In this document: positions 1 to 8,646 of the stretch, in pieces
How positions within the stretch are numbered: position 1 is the stretch's first letter
How the letters are laid out: the number at the start of each line of letters is the position of its first letter
DNA from: Eubacteriales bacterium
Lineage (GTDB): Bacteria > Bacillota > Clostridia > Oscillospirales > CAG-272
Length of the DNA stretch: 60,028 nucleotides
Assembly: GCA_045123255.1 (NCBI GenBank)
Contig: JBGVIN010000069.1
Span: forward strand, 1 to 60,028
Direction: 5' to 3'
The notes under the pieces: model-generated
What the model saw: the letters and a program-made list of their open reading frames with translations, nothing else
Told to the model about the DNA's origin: nothing
Databases searched by the model: none
Program-made: the position numbers and the translations under genes

Positions 1-6
1 ATAACA

Positions 7-1614
7 ATGCTTTTTGCACTTACGCTTTGCTTTACTGTCGCACTTTGCGTTTGCGCGGCAGGGGCAAACGAGTTCGGCACGGTTGAAACGCTTGACGGGA
101 TTGACTTAACGGGTATGACCACGGATGCAAATGCGCGTATAGTAATAAAGGATGGCGACGAATATCATACGTATCCTGCACAGTATGTTGTTACGAACGC
201 GGACACCTTAACCTATGATTTTACACGTATTAAAAATGTAAACGGCAAATCGTACTCGAAGGACAACGTGGTAAGGATTGAAATCCCCGCACCTGTTCTT
301 ATTATGCCGGGGACAGGCGTGCTTTGCAGCTGCAAAGAGCTTGTTGAAATTAAATTTTCACAGGATTCTGAGTGTCACACGCTTTCATACGGTTGCTTTT
401 ACAATAACAAAAAGCTCGAAACGGTCTATATTCCGCCAAAGGTTCAGACAATGGGGACGCTGCTTATCAACAGCTCCACAATCAAGGAGCTTATTTTCAT
501 GGATGGATTTTCAGCTATCCCGCCACAGGATTCCTTCAAGGGTGCCAGCGGTCTTGAAAAATTAGTATTTTCAAATCAAATGACAACAATGCAGCATTCT
601 GCGTTCAATTCAACCATAGGCGAGGAGCTTAAAGAGGTATACTTAGGTAGCTCACTTTTGGATTTCGGTGACGTTGCGCCCGAAAACGGGGGCGGCACAA
701 GCGGACAGTTCCCTTGGGCTAAATTCCCGTTTATGATGTACGCCTCGGAAACGCTTTTCTCCGAAATTGATACTATCGAAAGAGGCAGACTGACGGGTTG
801 GGGCGGAACAAGCTTGCCGACGGGCGTTCTTTTCTATACAGGAAGTAAAGAACAGGCACAGGCACTTGTCGATAAGGCTCAAACAAACACGCCGATTTTT
901 TACGGTGCGACTCTTACGGAGTGGGATTCAAATGTAGCCGACGCTGATTATATGCCAACAAAGGGCTGGACTATCGTTTACGGCTACAATAAATGTAAGG
1001 CGTTTTACGGAAACGAGCATGAAGAACAGGTGCTTAACTCCTGTCAATTCGGTTGCACACGTGGATGCGGTGCTATCGAAATGCTTGAAAATCCTCAGCA
1101 CGAATACGTAACCTCCGTTAGCTACGGCGGTGCGACTGTGGTTGACTACTACAAATCAATCAACGTTATCGAAGCGTGCAAAAATTGCAAGCACGAAAAT
1201 GCAAACGTAGATATTGACCCACTTTTCTCGGACAAGGGATATTCCGTTGACCTTGTTAACGTAGGTGTTTCTCAAAGCTTCAAGGTGAACCGCGAGGCGA
1301 TAGAGCTTTACAAGCAATACGTAAACGCAGATTTTGAATACGGCGTGGTGGCTTCTATCGATAATGCAAATCCGCTTGAAATAGTTGACGGAAGCGTTAA
1401 AACCGTCGGCAAGGCAATAGCAAGCGGAATGACAAAAACGAATTTTAGTATTTTAGAGATTAAGGTTGTTGGCATTCCCGAAAATATGGCGAGCGCTTCT
1501 ATCGTTGGCTGCGCGTATGTATTTGACGGTGACAAGATTTACTACCTTAGCGAAAACCAAACAGGGGCAGCGGCAACGGGCGCTTCCTATGAAGCATTAA
1601 AATCAGATGAATAA
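7..1614 (+). CDS. Secreted BspA-type leucine-rich-repeat protein with conserved C-terminal domain (possibly 5'-truncated by window edge)
   Basis: Signal-peptide-like N-terminus; LRR_5-like repeats (CKELVEIKF, NKKLETVYIP, ASGLEKLVFS, LKEVYLG); frame is open to position 1, so the true start may lie upstream. Confidence 0.75.
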   Translation: MLFALTLCFTVALCVCAAGANEFGTVETLDGIDLTGMTTDANARIVIKDGDEYHTYPAQYVVTNADTLTYDFTRIKNVNGKSYSKDNVVRIEIPAPVLIMPGTGVLCSCKELVEIKFSQDSECHTLSYGCFYNNKKLETVYIPPKVQTMGTLLINSSTIKELIFMDGFSAIPPQDSFKGASGLEKLVFSNQMTTMQHSAFNSTIGEELKEVYLGSSLLDFGDVAPENGGGTSGQFPWAKFPFMMYASETLFSEIDTIERGRLTGWGGTSLPTGVLFYTGSKEQAQALVDKAQTNTPIFYGATLTEWDSNVADADYMPTKGWTIVYGYNKCKAFYGNEHEEQVLNSCQFGCTRGCGAIEMLENPQHEYVTSVSYGGATVVDYYKSINVIEACKNCKHENANVDIDPLFSDKGYSVDLVNVGVSQSFKVNREAIELYKQYVNADFEYGVVASIDNANPLEIVDGSVKTVGKAIASGMTKTNFSILEIKVVGIPENMASASIVGCAYVFDGDKIYYLSENQTGAAATGASYEALKSDE

Positions 1615-1624
1615 ATAAAATAAG

Positions 1625-1658
1625 AGAGGATGTCATGTTAAACTAACATCCTCTTTTT
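1625..1658 (+). terminator. Intrinsic terminator
   Basis: AGAGGATGT/ACATCCTCT stem followed by T-run just after the stop codon. Confidence 0.7.
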
Positions 1659-1691
1659 AATATAAAAATGAGAAAAACGCACAAAAAAATA

Positions 1692-1720
1692 TTGAAAAGC
1701 GAAAAATAGTGTGTTAAAAT
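1692..1720 (+). promoter_or_regulatory. sigma-A promoter for ddh
   Basis: TTGAAA-17 nt-TAAAAT with TG extension. Confidence 0.65.
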
Positions 1721-1783
1721 AGTGTAAAATATTCAGGCGAAGATGCGCGCCGAGAAATGAGCGCGCTTTTATGAGGTGATACA

Positions 1784-2767
1784 GTGATTAGAATTGGTAT
1801 ATATGGCTACGGCAATCTTGGCAGAGGTGTTGAGTGTGCAATTAAGCAAAACGACGATATGGAGTTAGTTGCGGTGTTTACGCGCCGTGACCCGAAAACG
1901 GTAAAATTTGTTGACGAAAACGTTAAGGTTTACCATGTTGACGATGCACTTAAAATGCAAAACGAAATTGACGTTATGATTTTGTGCGGCGGCAGTGCAA
2001 CCGACTTGCCCGTGCAAACGCCTTATCTTGCAAAATACTTTAACGTAATTGACAGCTTTGACACACACGCAAAAATTCCCGAGCATTTTGAAAACGTGGA
2101 CAAGGCATCAAAGAAAACTAACCACGTCGGTATGATTTCCGTTGGTTGGGACCCCGGTATGTTCTCACTCAACCGTATGCTTGCAGGTGCAATTTTGGTT
2201 GACGGCTGTGACTATACGTTTTGGGGCAGAGGAGTTAGCCAAGGGCACTCCGATGCTATCCGCCGTATCGAGGGCGTTAAAAACGCAAAGCAATATACCG
2301 TTCCCGTTGAGTCTGCACTCAATGCGGTAAGAAACGGAGAAAATCCAACCCTTACAACACGTGAAAAGCATACAAGAGAATGCTACGTTGTTGCACACGA
2401 GGGCGCGGACTTATCCCGTATTGAAAATGAAATTAAGACAATGCCAAACTATTTTGCCGACTACGATACAACGGTTAACTTTATTTCCGAGAAGGAATTT
2501 TTAGAAAACCACGCAGGTATTCCTCACGGCGGCGTTGTAATAAGAAGCGGAAAAACAGGCGAAAAGCTCGAAAACAACCATATAATCGAGTATAAAATTA
2601 CGCTTGACTCTAACCCTGAGTTCACCGCATCGGTTATAGTTGCATATGCGCGTGCAACCTACAAGCTCGCAAAGGAAGGAAATTACGGCTGCAAAACCGT
2701 TTTCGACGTTCCCCCTGCATATCTCAGCGCAAAAAGCGGAGAAGAGCTTCGCAAAAATCTACTTTGA
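1784..2767 (+). CDS. ddh: meso-diaminopimelate dehydrogenase
   Basis: GYGNLGRG Rossmann motif, DSFDTHA, GWDPGMFS, FWGRGVSQGHSDAIRR, PHGG, SNPEFT; GAGGTG RBS with GTG start. Confidence 0.95.
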   Translation: MIRIGIYGYGNLGRGVECAIKQNDDMELVAVFTRRDPKTVKFVDENVKVYHVDDALKMQNEIDVMILCGGSATDLPVQTPYLAKYFNVIDSFDTHAKIPEHFENVDKASKKTNHVGMISVGWDPGMFSLNRMLAGAILVDGCDYTFWGRGVSQGHSDAIRRIEGVKNAKQYTVPVESALNAVRNGENPTLTTREKHTRECYVVAHEGADLSRIENEIKTMPNYFADYDTTVNFISEKEFLENHAGIPHGGVVIRSGKTGEKLENNHIIEYKITLDSNPEFTASVIVAYARATYKLAKEGNYGCKTVFDVPPAYLSAKSGEELRKNLL

Positions 2768-2787
2768 TTATTAAATCCACTACCGAT

Positions 2788-2819
2788 AAAAAACGCACCG
2801 CTTCAAAACGGTGCGTTTT
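2788..2819. terminator. Bidirectional intrinsic terminator
   Basis: AAAAACGCACCG-loop-CGGTGCGTTTT between convergent genes. Confidence 0.8.
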
Positions 2820-2822
2820 CCT

Positions 2823-4154
2823 TTATTTAATTACTGTGCATCTTGTCTTGCCGTAATACTTTGATAATTCAATTGCGCTTTCGTTGTAAATTTCGCCTGC
2901 GGAAATTACGCTTACGCACGGTGGGCATGCTACGTTTAGCTCTGCACACACTCTGCCAAGTGCGTTTTCAATTGCGATTTCTTCCTTGGGTAAAAATGCA
3001 ACCTCGCGCGGGGTGAATTTTCTTTCGCAAAGCGAAAAATCGGGGGAAGTGTCAATTATTTCACTTTTTTTAGGAATTGAAGCAAGCACGTCTTCGAGCT
3101 TTTTTAGGTCGCCGTCATCGTTTTGGCACGAAGCCATCATAACGACGTAGTCCTTGTCGTAAAACTCGCAAACAATTCCGTTTTTATATAAAATATTGTA
3201 AATTTCATCTCCGTAGTATCCGTATTTTTTGGCATCTACGGTGATTTTTGTTTTTTCGTCACCCACTAATGTGTAGCCGACTTGCGTCAAACGCGCTTTC
3301 GTACCTTCAATTTTTGCACAAAGCTCCTTTAATTCGCATTTGAACCCATCGTCAAGATAAGTGTTTGCGTTGTCAAGAGAGCAAAGCGTTAGGTATGACG
3401 GACTGCTTGAACCGAAAATTGCAAGGGCATTCTTGGCGTTTTCAAAAAAATGTGCGGGCGCCTCCTTACTAATATGCATATACGCACCGCCTGTTAAAAC
3501 GGGCAACGTTTTGTGCGCTGAGTCAGAGGTCAGCCACGCACCTTGGTCAATTGGATGCTCGCTTTTTTCAAGAAATTTCAAGTAAGCGCCGTGTGCATTG
3601 TCAACAATGAGCGGCACGCCGTACCTTTTGCAAGCCGCGCTTATAGACTGAATATCTGAAATGCTTCCGAGATAATCAGGGCTCGTCACAAAGACTGCAA
3701 ACGGCAATTTATCGACACAGGTAAGGGCTTTTTCTATTTCCTCGCCGTCAACCTTGCCGCTTAAATAGCTTGATTTATTCGGTGTGAGCCACTTGATATC
3801 AAAGCCAAGAAGGGCAGATGCAGAAATAAATGACTGATGTGCGTTTCTTGTTGCAAGCACGTAGCCGTTTTCCTCGTTTTTATATGATTTTGCAAGATAC
3901 ATCATCGCGCGGATAACGTGAGATGACCCCTCGGTTGAGTAAACCGTTTTTCCGCTTCCAAAAAGTTTGGCTGCGTTTTCTTCGCTTTCATTTATTATTC
4001 CGCGCGCGTGATAGAGTGCATCGGCACCGTCGATTTCCGTTATGTCAATTTTTTCACATCCGAGAAACGAAGCGCCCTTGTGCCCGGGCATATGAAAGCG
4101 CGAAGCGTCACTCTGTGCGTATTTTTTTACAAATTCACAAATGGGCGCTTTCAT
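2823..4154 (-). CDS. Orn/Lys/Arg decarboxylase, PLP-dependent (YaaO-like)
   Basis: RFHMPGHKG, DITEI, TSPDYLG, DNAHGA, SAHKTLP (PLP lysine), SSSPSY; start reassigned to ATG at 4154 (MKAPICEF), overlapping the upstream stop as TAATG. Confidence 0.88.
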   Translation of the reverse strand: MKAPICEFVKKYAQSDASRFHMPGHKGASFLGCEKIDITEIDGADALYHARGIINESEENAAKLFGSGKTVYSTEGSSHVIRAMMYLAKSYKNEENGYVLATRNAHQSFISASALLGFDIKWLTPNKSSYLSGKVDGEEIEKALTCVDKLPFAVFVTSPDYLGSISDIQSISAACKRYGVPLIVDNAHGAYLKFLEKSEHPIDQGAWLTSDSAHKTLPVLTGGAYMHISKEAPAHFFENAKNALAIFGSSSPSYLTLCSLDNANTYLDDGFKCELKELCAKIEGTKARLTQVGYTLVGDEKTKITVDAKKYGYYGDEIYNILYKNGIVCEFYDKDYVVMMASCQNDDGDLKKLEDVLASIPKKSEIIDTSPDFSLCERKFTPREVAFLPKEEIAIENALGRVCAELNVACPPCVSVISAGEIYNESAIELSKYYGKTRCTVIK

Positions 4155-5530
4155 TATTCCTCTATTGCTTTGCTGATTGCAACAGCTAAGGCGCACTCCA
4201 TTCTCTTTCTGAAAAGACGGCAACCGTATTCGTAAATTCCGCGCACGGAGCCTGTTGCGTGATATGCGTTTGCCGCGCAACCGCCCGAGCAATATAGCTT
4301 TGCCCAGCAATCCTTACAGTCGGGACGCGCGTACACGTTGCAGGATGCAAATTCGTTTTGCGCCTCCTTGTTTGTTACGCCCTGCCAAATATCGCCGAGC
4401 TTGTATTTTTCCTCGCCGACAAACTGATGGCACGGATATAAATCACCCCAAGGTGTAACCGCCATATATTCCGTTCCCGAGCCACAGCCTGAAATGCGTT
4501 TGTAGATACAGGGTCCACCGTTTATATCAATCATATAGTGATAGAAGGTGAAGTCCTTACCCTCCTTGTGCTTCTTAATCATAAGATTTGCAAGCTCCTC
4601 ATATTGCTCGCAAACAACAGGGAAGTCCTCCTCGGTTAACTCCTCCTTATCGCCTTTTTGGCAAACAACAGGCTCCATTGAAAGCTCGTTAAAGCCAAGG
4701 TCAAGCATAACCTTAATATCGTTTAGGAAGTCGGGGTTTGCGTGAGTAAACGTGCCGCGCATATAGTAGTTTTTACCGCCGCGCGCCTCAACAAGCTCCT
4801 TAAACTTTGGAACAATCTTGCCCCAACTTCCGTTTCCTGCGTAGTCAACGCGATACCTGTCGTGAATTTCGCGTCGTCCGTCGAGGCTAAGCACCACGTT
4901 TGACATTTCACGGTTTGCAAAATCAATAACGTCTTGGTCAATCAAAACGCCGTTTGTCGTCAAGGTGAAGCGGAAGTTCTTGTTATGTATTTTCTCCTGC
5001 TCGCGCGCATAGGCTACCAAATCCTTAATCATTTGGAAGTTCATAAGCGGCTCGCCACCGAAGAAGTCAACCTCTAGGTTGTGTCTTGTGCCCGAATTTT
5101 CAATTAAGAAATCAAGCGCGCGCTTTCCAACCTCAAGGGACATAATTGCACGCTCGCCGTGGTATTTTCCCTGGGACGCAAAGCAGTACGAGCAGTTTAA
5201 GTTACAGGTGTGTGCAACGTGGAGGCAAAGCGCCTTTATAACGCCGCTCGTCTTTTGCTTTAATTTGTCAGCCATAGGCTCAAAGGTGTCGGGAGTGAAA
5301 AGCGTGCCGTTTTTCTTTAATTCCTCAACCTGCAGGTAGCAAGCGGTGATTTCCTCGTCCTTTATTTCAAGGTGTGAATATTTTTCCTTGATTTTAGAAA
5401 AAACCTCACCCTGTGTATGATTTTCGTATAGCTCAATGATGTCGTAGGCAATATCGTCAACAACGTGAAGTGAGCCTGAGCAAACGTCCAAAACAACGTT
5501 TAGCTCGTTAAATTTGAATTGATGTACCAT
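4154..5530 (-). CDS. scfB: SCIFF/ranthipeptide radical SAM-SPASM maturase (CteB-like)
   Basis: CNLNCSYC radical-SAM motif, FFGGEPL, SPASM cysteines (CIYKRISGC...YPC...CKDCWAKLYCSGGC); AGAGG RBS before MVHQF; adjacent to SCIFF peptide. Confidence 0.95.
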   Translation of the reverse strand: MVHQFKFNELNVVLDVCSGSLHVVDDIAYDIIELYENHTQGEVFSKIKEKYSHLEIKDEEITACYLQVEELKKNGTLFTPDTFEPMADKLKQKTSGVIKALCLHVAHTCNLNCSYCFASQGKYHGERAIMSLEVGKRALDFLIENSGTRHNLEVDFFGGEPLMNFQMIKDLVAYAREQEKIHNKNFRFTLTTNGVLIDQDVIDFANREMSNVVLSLDGRREIHDRYRVDYAGNGSWGKIVPKFKELVEARGGKNYYMRGTFTHANPDFLNDIKVMLDLGFNELSMEPVVCQKGDKEELTEEDFPVVCEQYEELANLMIKKHKEGKDFTFYHYMIDINGGPCIYKRISGCGSGTEYMAVTPWGDLYPCHQFVGEEKYKLGDIWQGVTNKEAQNEFASCNVYARPDCKDCWAKLYCSGGCAANAYHATGSVRGIYEYGCRLFRKRMECALAVAISKAIEE

Positions 5531-5596
5531 AATTTCCTCTTTTATACAAAATTGGACTGCCAAATAAGCTCGGCAGTCCTAATTCAGGCATTGTAA

Positions 5597-5746
5597 TTAT
5601 TTTCTCTCGTTGTTTTCGCAAGCTTGGTTAGCAATGCCGCAGCTTGTTTTGCAAGCGGATTGGCATGAAGTTTGGCACTCGCCGCAGCCACCGTTTTTCG
5701 CGCTTTCGCAAAGGTTGCCTGTTTTGATTGTCTTAATGTGTTCCAT
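5597..5746 (-). CDS. scfA: SCIFF (six-cysteines-in-forty-five) precursor peptide, 49 aa
   Basis: Manual translation MEHIKTIKTGNLCESAKNGGCGECQTSCQSACKTSCGIANQACENNERK; GGAGG RBS; below ORF-track size cut-off. Confidence 0.97.
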   Translation of the reverse strand: MEHIKTIKTGNLCESAKNGGCGECQTSCQSACKTSCGIANQACENNERK

Positions 5747-5779
5747 GATAAAACCTCCGAATATTCTGTTTATGAAAAA

Positions 5780-5808
5780 ATTATATCACATAAAATTTCC
5801 AAAGTCAA
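5780..5808 (-). promoter_or_regulatory. sigma-A promoter for scfA operon
   Basis: TTGACT-17 nt-TATAAT with TG extension on minus strand. Confidence 0.8.
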
Positions 5809-5842
5809 CACAAATTTTCAAAAAGAAATAATTAAAAATAGA

Positions 5843-5871
5843 TTGATTTATTGAAAAAAGTATGCTACAAT
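5843..5871 (+). promoter_or_regulatory. sigma-A promoter for cyclophilin-like gene
   Basis: TTGATT-17 nt-TACAAT with TG extension. Confidence 0.65.
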
Positions 5872-5914
5872 AGGTGAGTAAATGCTTTTTAGAAATATTT
5901 GAAAGGATAATTTT

Positions 5915-8185
5915 ATGGCAAAAATGAATAAAAATGCTAACTATGTCACAGAAAAAAGACAAGTAGCAAGTCAAGCAAGCGCAAAAGCAAAAAGCAGCAA
6001 AAAAATTAAGGAAGGAACAAAGCAAGGCTTCTTAATCGCGGCTATCGTTGTTGCAATCGCAGTTGTTATCGCTGCATTTGTTGGAATGATGTCGTTCCCA
6101 CTTTTGAGAGCTAAGAACAACCAAAGAGAATTCCTTAACCCATACGAGGGACACTTCGAGGTTACCGACGTTGTTGAACTTGAATTCGAGGGATACGGCA
6201 AGGTTACAATTGAGCTTTACGGTAAGGAAGCACCAAAGACAGTTGAAAACTTCCTTCACTTGGTAGAGGAGGGCGCAATCACAGCAGAAAAGATTGCAGT
6301 TTCTTCATCAACAACAGACAAGCATATTACAATCCAAGCTGACCACGACCACAGCGACCCTGACCACAAGCACGTTGATATCAAGGGCGAGTTCTACGAC
6401 AACGGCTTTGCAAACAGAATTGCACACGTTTCAGGCGTTTTGACAATGGCAAACGGCTCTACAAAGTACAACTCAAGCTCAACTGATTTCAAGATTATCA
6501 CTGAGGGCGAAAAGTACAACGTTGAAAGAACAGACGGCTCATATAAGGGTCACAACGGTAACTACGCTGCATTCGGTAAGGTTGACAGCGAGGGTCTTAA
6601 GGTAATTAAGCAAATTATCACAGACTACCGTGCAAAGGCAGACTCTGCTACAACAGACAAGAACGCACTCGTGTTCGGTAGCAACAAAATCAGCGTTACA
6701 ACGTCTGATATTACAAAGAAAACAATCGAAAAGACATTTACACCTGCAAGCTCAGGTACATACGTATTCAAGAGCACAAAGTACACAAGCATTCTTGTTG
6801 ACCTCGTAAAGGAGGGCGCAGCATCAGGCGCTAAGGCAGCAGGCTTTGGTGAAACAATCACAACCTTGAAGGATGGCGTAAGCTATGACCTCGTTGCAGG
6901 ACAAACCTACACCGTTACACTCGGTCTTGGTGATGACCTCAAGGCAGGCACACATATTCTTACAATCGAGGGCGATCTTCTTTTCGCAGGCTCAAACGAT
7001 ATTGAAATTACAGAAGAAGATATCAAGGCAGAAAGCGTTTCATACGCATTCACACCTAACTACACAGGTATTTATTTCTTTGATTGCCAAACAACCGTAA
7101 AGGATAAGACCTTCAAGGGTACGTTTGAAATCTTTGACGGCGAAACAAGCGTAGGCAAGAAGTCAGCATACCTCGAAAAGGGCAAAACCTATACATTTAT
7201 TATTAACGTAAAGGAAAACGTTGAAGCAGACGACTACAAGGTTGTAGTAACAGATCCAACTCTTGTAACAGGCGACAACAAGCTTTCAGTTCCTGAATAT
7301 ACAATCAGAGACGGTAAGGCTTACTACTACTTCAAGCCAAGCGCAGATGCAAAATACCTCTTCAACAACAAGGACCTCACAGTTAAGGTTTACGACGCTG
7401 AGGGTAATGAGGTTGCAGGCGGCAACTACGTTGAGCTTAAGAAGGACGTAACATACAAGATCGAAATTTCAGCAGAGCTTGATCCTTTGATGGGTCTTGG
7501 CGATACAAACGTTGTTATCACAGCCGACCACAAGAAGGGCGATAACAGCTACGAGGAGGAATTCTCATTCACAGCTGAAGCAACAGGCAAGTACACATTC
7601 ACAGAGGATAACGTTACAATTGACGTTTGGGATGGCACGAAGAAGCTTGAAAAGGGCGAGGACGGCACATATTCACTTAAGGTTGGCACAACCTACGACG
7701 TTATCGTTAAGGCGATTGCCGAGGGTAACTATACGGTTAACGTAAAGGTTGACGACGCTAAGGATGAGGACGACGTTATCGTTTATGCAAGCTACACGTT
7801 GACAGTTCAAGCTCCATCACTCGTTGTTGGTGCAAACAAGCTCACAGTTACCGAAGCTGACATTAAGGCAGAAAAGGTTGAATATACCTTCACAGCTACA
7901 ACAAGCGGTATGTTCTCATTCAAGGGTATTTACCAAAAGCTTGACGAAAACGGCAAGCAAGCTACCGATAAGGATGGCAAGCTCATCAACGTAAACGCAA
8001 AGCTTACCTTCAAGGATAAGGACGGTAAGGAAGTTGAGGTTGACATGGAAAACGTTAAGCTCGTTAAGGGCGAAACGTACACGATAGTTCTTAAGTCCGT
8101 CAACATCAAGAAGGACGCCGTTGCTACAATCACCGTTGCAAAGGTTTCTCCAAAGATTATCGGCGCAACAATCGTTGAAAAATAA
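5915..8185 (+). CDS. Membrane-anchored cyclophilin-like (PPIase-fold) protein with five inserted beta-rich repeats
   Basis: N-terminal TM helix; GKVTIELYGKEAPKTVENF, IKGEF, GVLTMA, YAAFGKV cyclophilin motifs; five repeats of LxxGxNxI...FTxxxxGxYxF. Confidence 0.8.
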   Translation: MAKMNKNANYVTEKRQVASQASAKAKSSKKIKEGTKQGFLIAAIVVAIAVVIAAFVGMMSFPLLRAKNNQREFLNPYEGHFEVTDVVELEFEGYGKVTIELYGKEAPKTVENFLHLVEEGAITAEKIAVSSSTTDKHITIQADHDHSDPDHKHVDIKGEFYDNGFANRIAHVSGVLTMANGSTKYNSSSTDFKIITEGEKYNVERTDGSYKGHNGNYAAFGKVDSEGLKVIKQIITDYRAKADSATTDKNALVFGSNKISVTTSDITKKTIEKTFTPASSGTYVFKSTKYTSILVDLVKEGAASGAKAAGFGETITTLKDGVSYDLVAGQTYTVTLGLGDDLKAGTHILTIEGDLLFAGSNDIEITEEDIKAESVSYAFTPNYTGIYFFDCQTTVKDKTFKGTFEIFDGETSVGKKSAYLEKGKTYTFIINVKENVEADDYKVVVTDPTLVTGDNKLSVPEYTIRDGKAYYYFKPSADAKYLFNNKDLTVKVYDAEGNEVAGGNYVELKKDVTYKIEISAELDPLMGLGDTNVVITADHKKGDNSYEEEFSFTAEATGKYTFTEDNVTIDVWDGTKKLEKGEDGTYSLKVGTTYDVIVKAIAEGNYTVNVKVDDAKDEDDVIVYASYTLTVQAPSLVVGANKLTVTEADIKAEKVEYTFTATTSGMFSFKGIYQKLDENGKQATDKDGKLINVNAKLTFKDKDGKEVEVDMENVKLVKGETYTIVLKSVNIKKDAVATITVAKVSPKIIGATIVEK

Positions 8186-8321
8186 TCAAGCTTAAAAAGT
8201 GGGCGAACTCAAAAACAATGAGCAACCTTGAAAGCAAAAGGCAAGCTCAAAAAGAGGAAAAACCTCAAAACGCCCGACCCTGTGTGCGAAATTCAATGCT
8301 TTCACACAAAAAATAGCAACC

Positions 8322-8349
8322 AAAAGCCACCGATTTCGGTGGCTTTTTT
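8322..8349 (+). terminator. Intrinsic terminator
   Basis: AAAAGCCACCGA-TT-TCGGTGGCTTTTTT. Confidence 0.85.
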
Positions 8350-8418
8350 GCACCTCACCGGTTGCCCACAAACCATTTGCCCACCTCTCAACCACAACCT
8401 ACCCCACAAGCGCCTGCA

Positions 8419-8488
8419 CTCACCCCAACCTCGACACCACTCACCCTAACCTCAAAACCGCTCACCCTAACCTCAAAACCGCTCACCC
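8419..8488. repeat. 21 bp tandem repeat in a C-rich tract
   Basis: CTCACCCTAACCTCAAAACCG exact twice (8440, 8461), one degenerate copy (8419) and one partial copy. Confidence 0.85.
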
Positions 8489-8563
8489 CCTCGCCTTAGC
8501 CCCATCCCCACCCAAAACCAACGAGACGAACCGATAGACGAACCGATAGGTCGAAAATTGTTG

Positions 8564-8592
8564 TTGACAAATATTACTTTATATTATATAAT
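8564..8592 (+). promoter_or_regulatory. Consensus sigma-A promoter of the polysaccharide locus
   Basis: TTGACA-17 nt-TATAAT exact; preceded by AGACGAACCGAT x2 (8524-8547) and followed by palindrome GTGTGC-CT-GCACAC (8605-8618). Confidence 0.9.
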
Positions 8593-8646
8593 AAATATGT
8601 ATGCGTGTGCCTGCACACAAATTTTTAATATATTTAAGAGGAAAAT

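Noticed and set aside
4155-4310. N-terminal extension of the decarboxylase given by the ORF track
   Set aside because: Overlaps the scfB 3' end; family-like sequence begins at MKAPICEF with TAATG coupling
8228-8449. 73 aa ORF across the C-rich tract
   Set aside because: Spans a terminator, has no RBS, and its Pro/His bias simply reflects base skew
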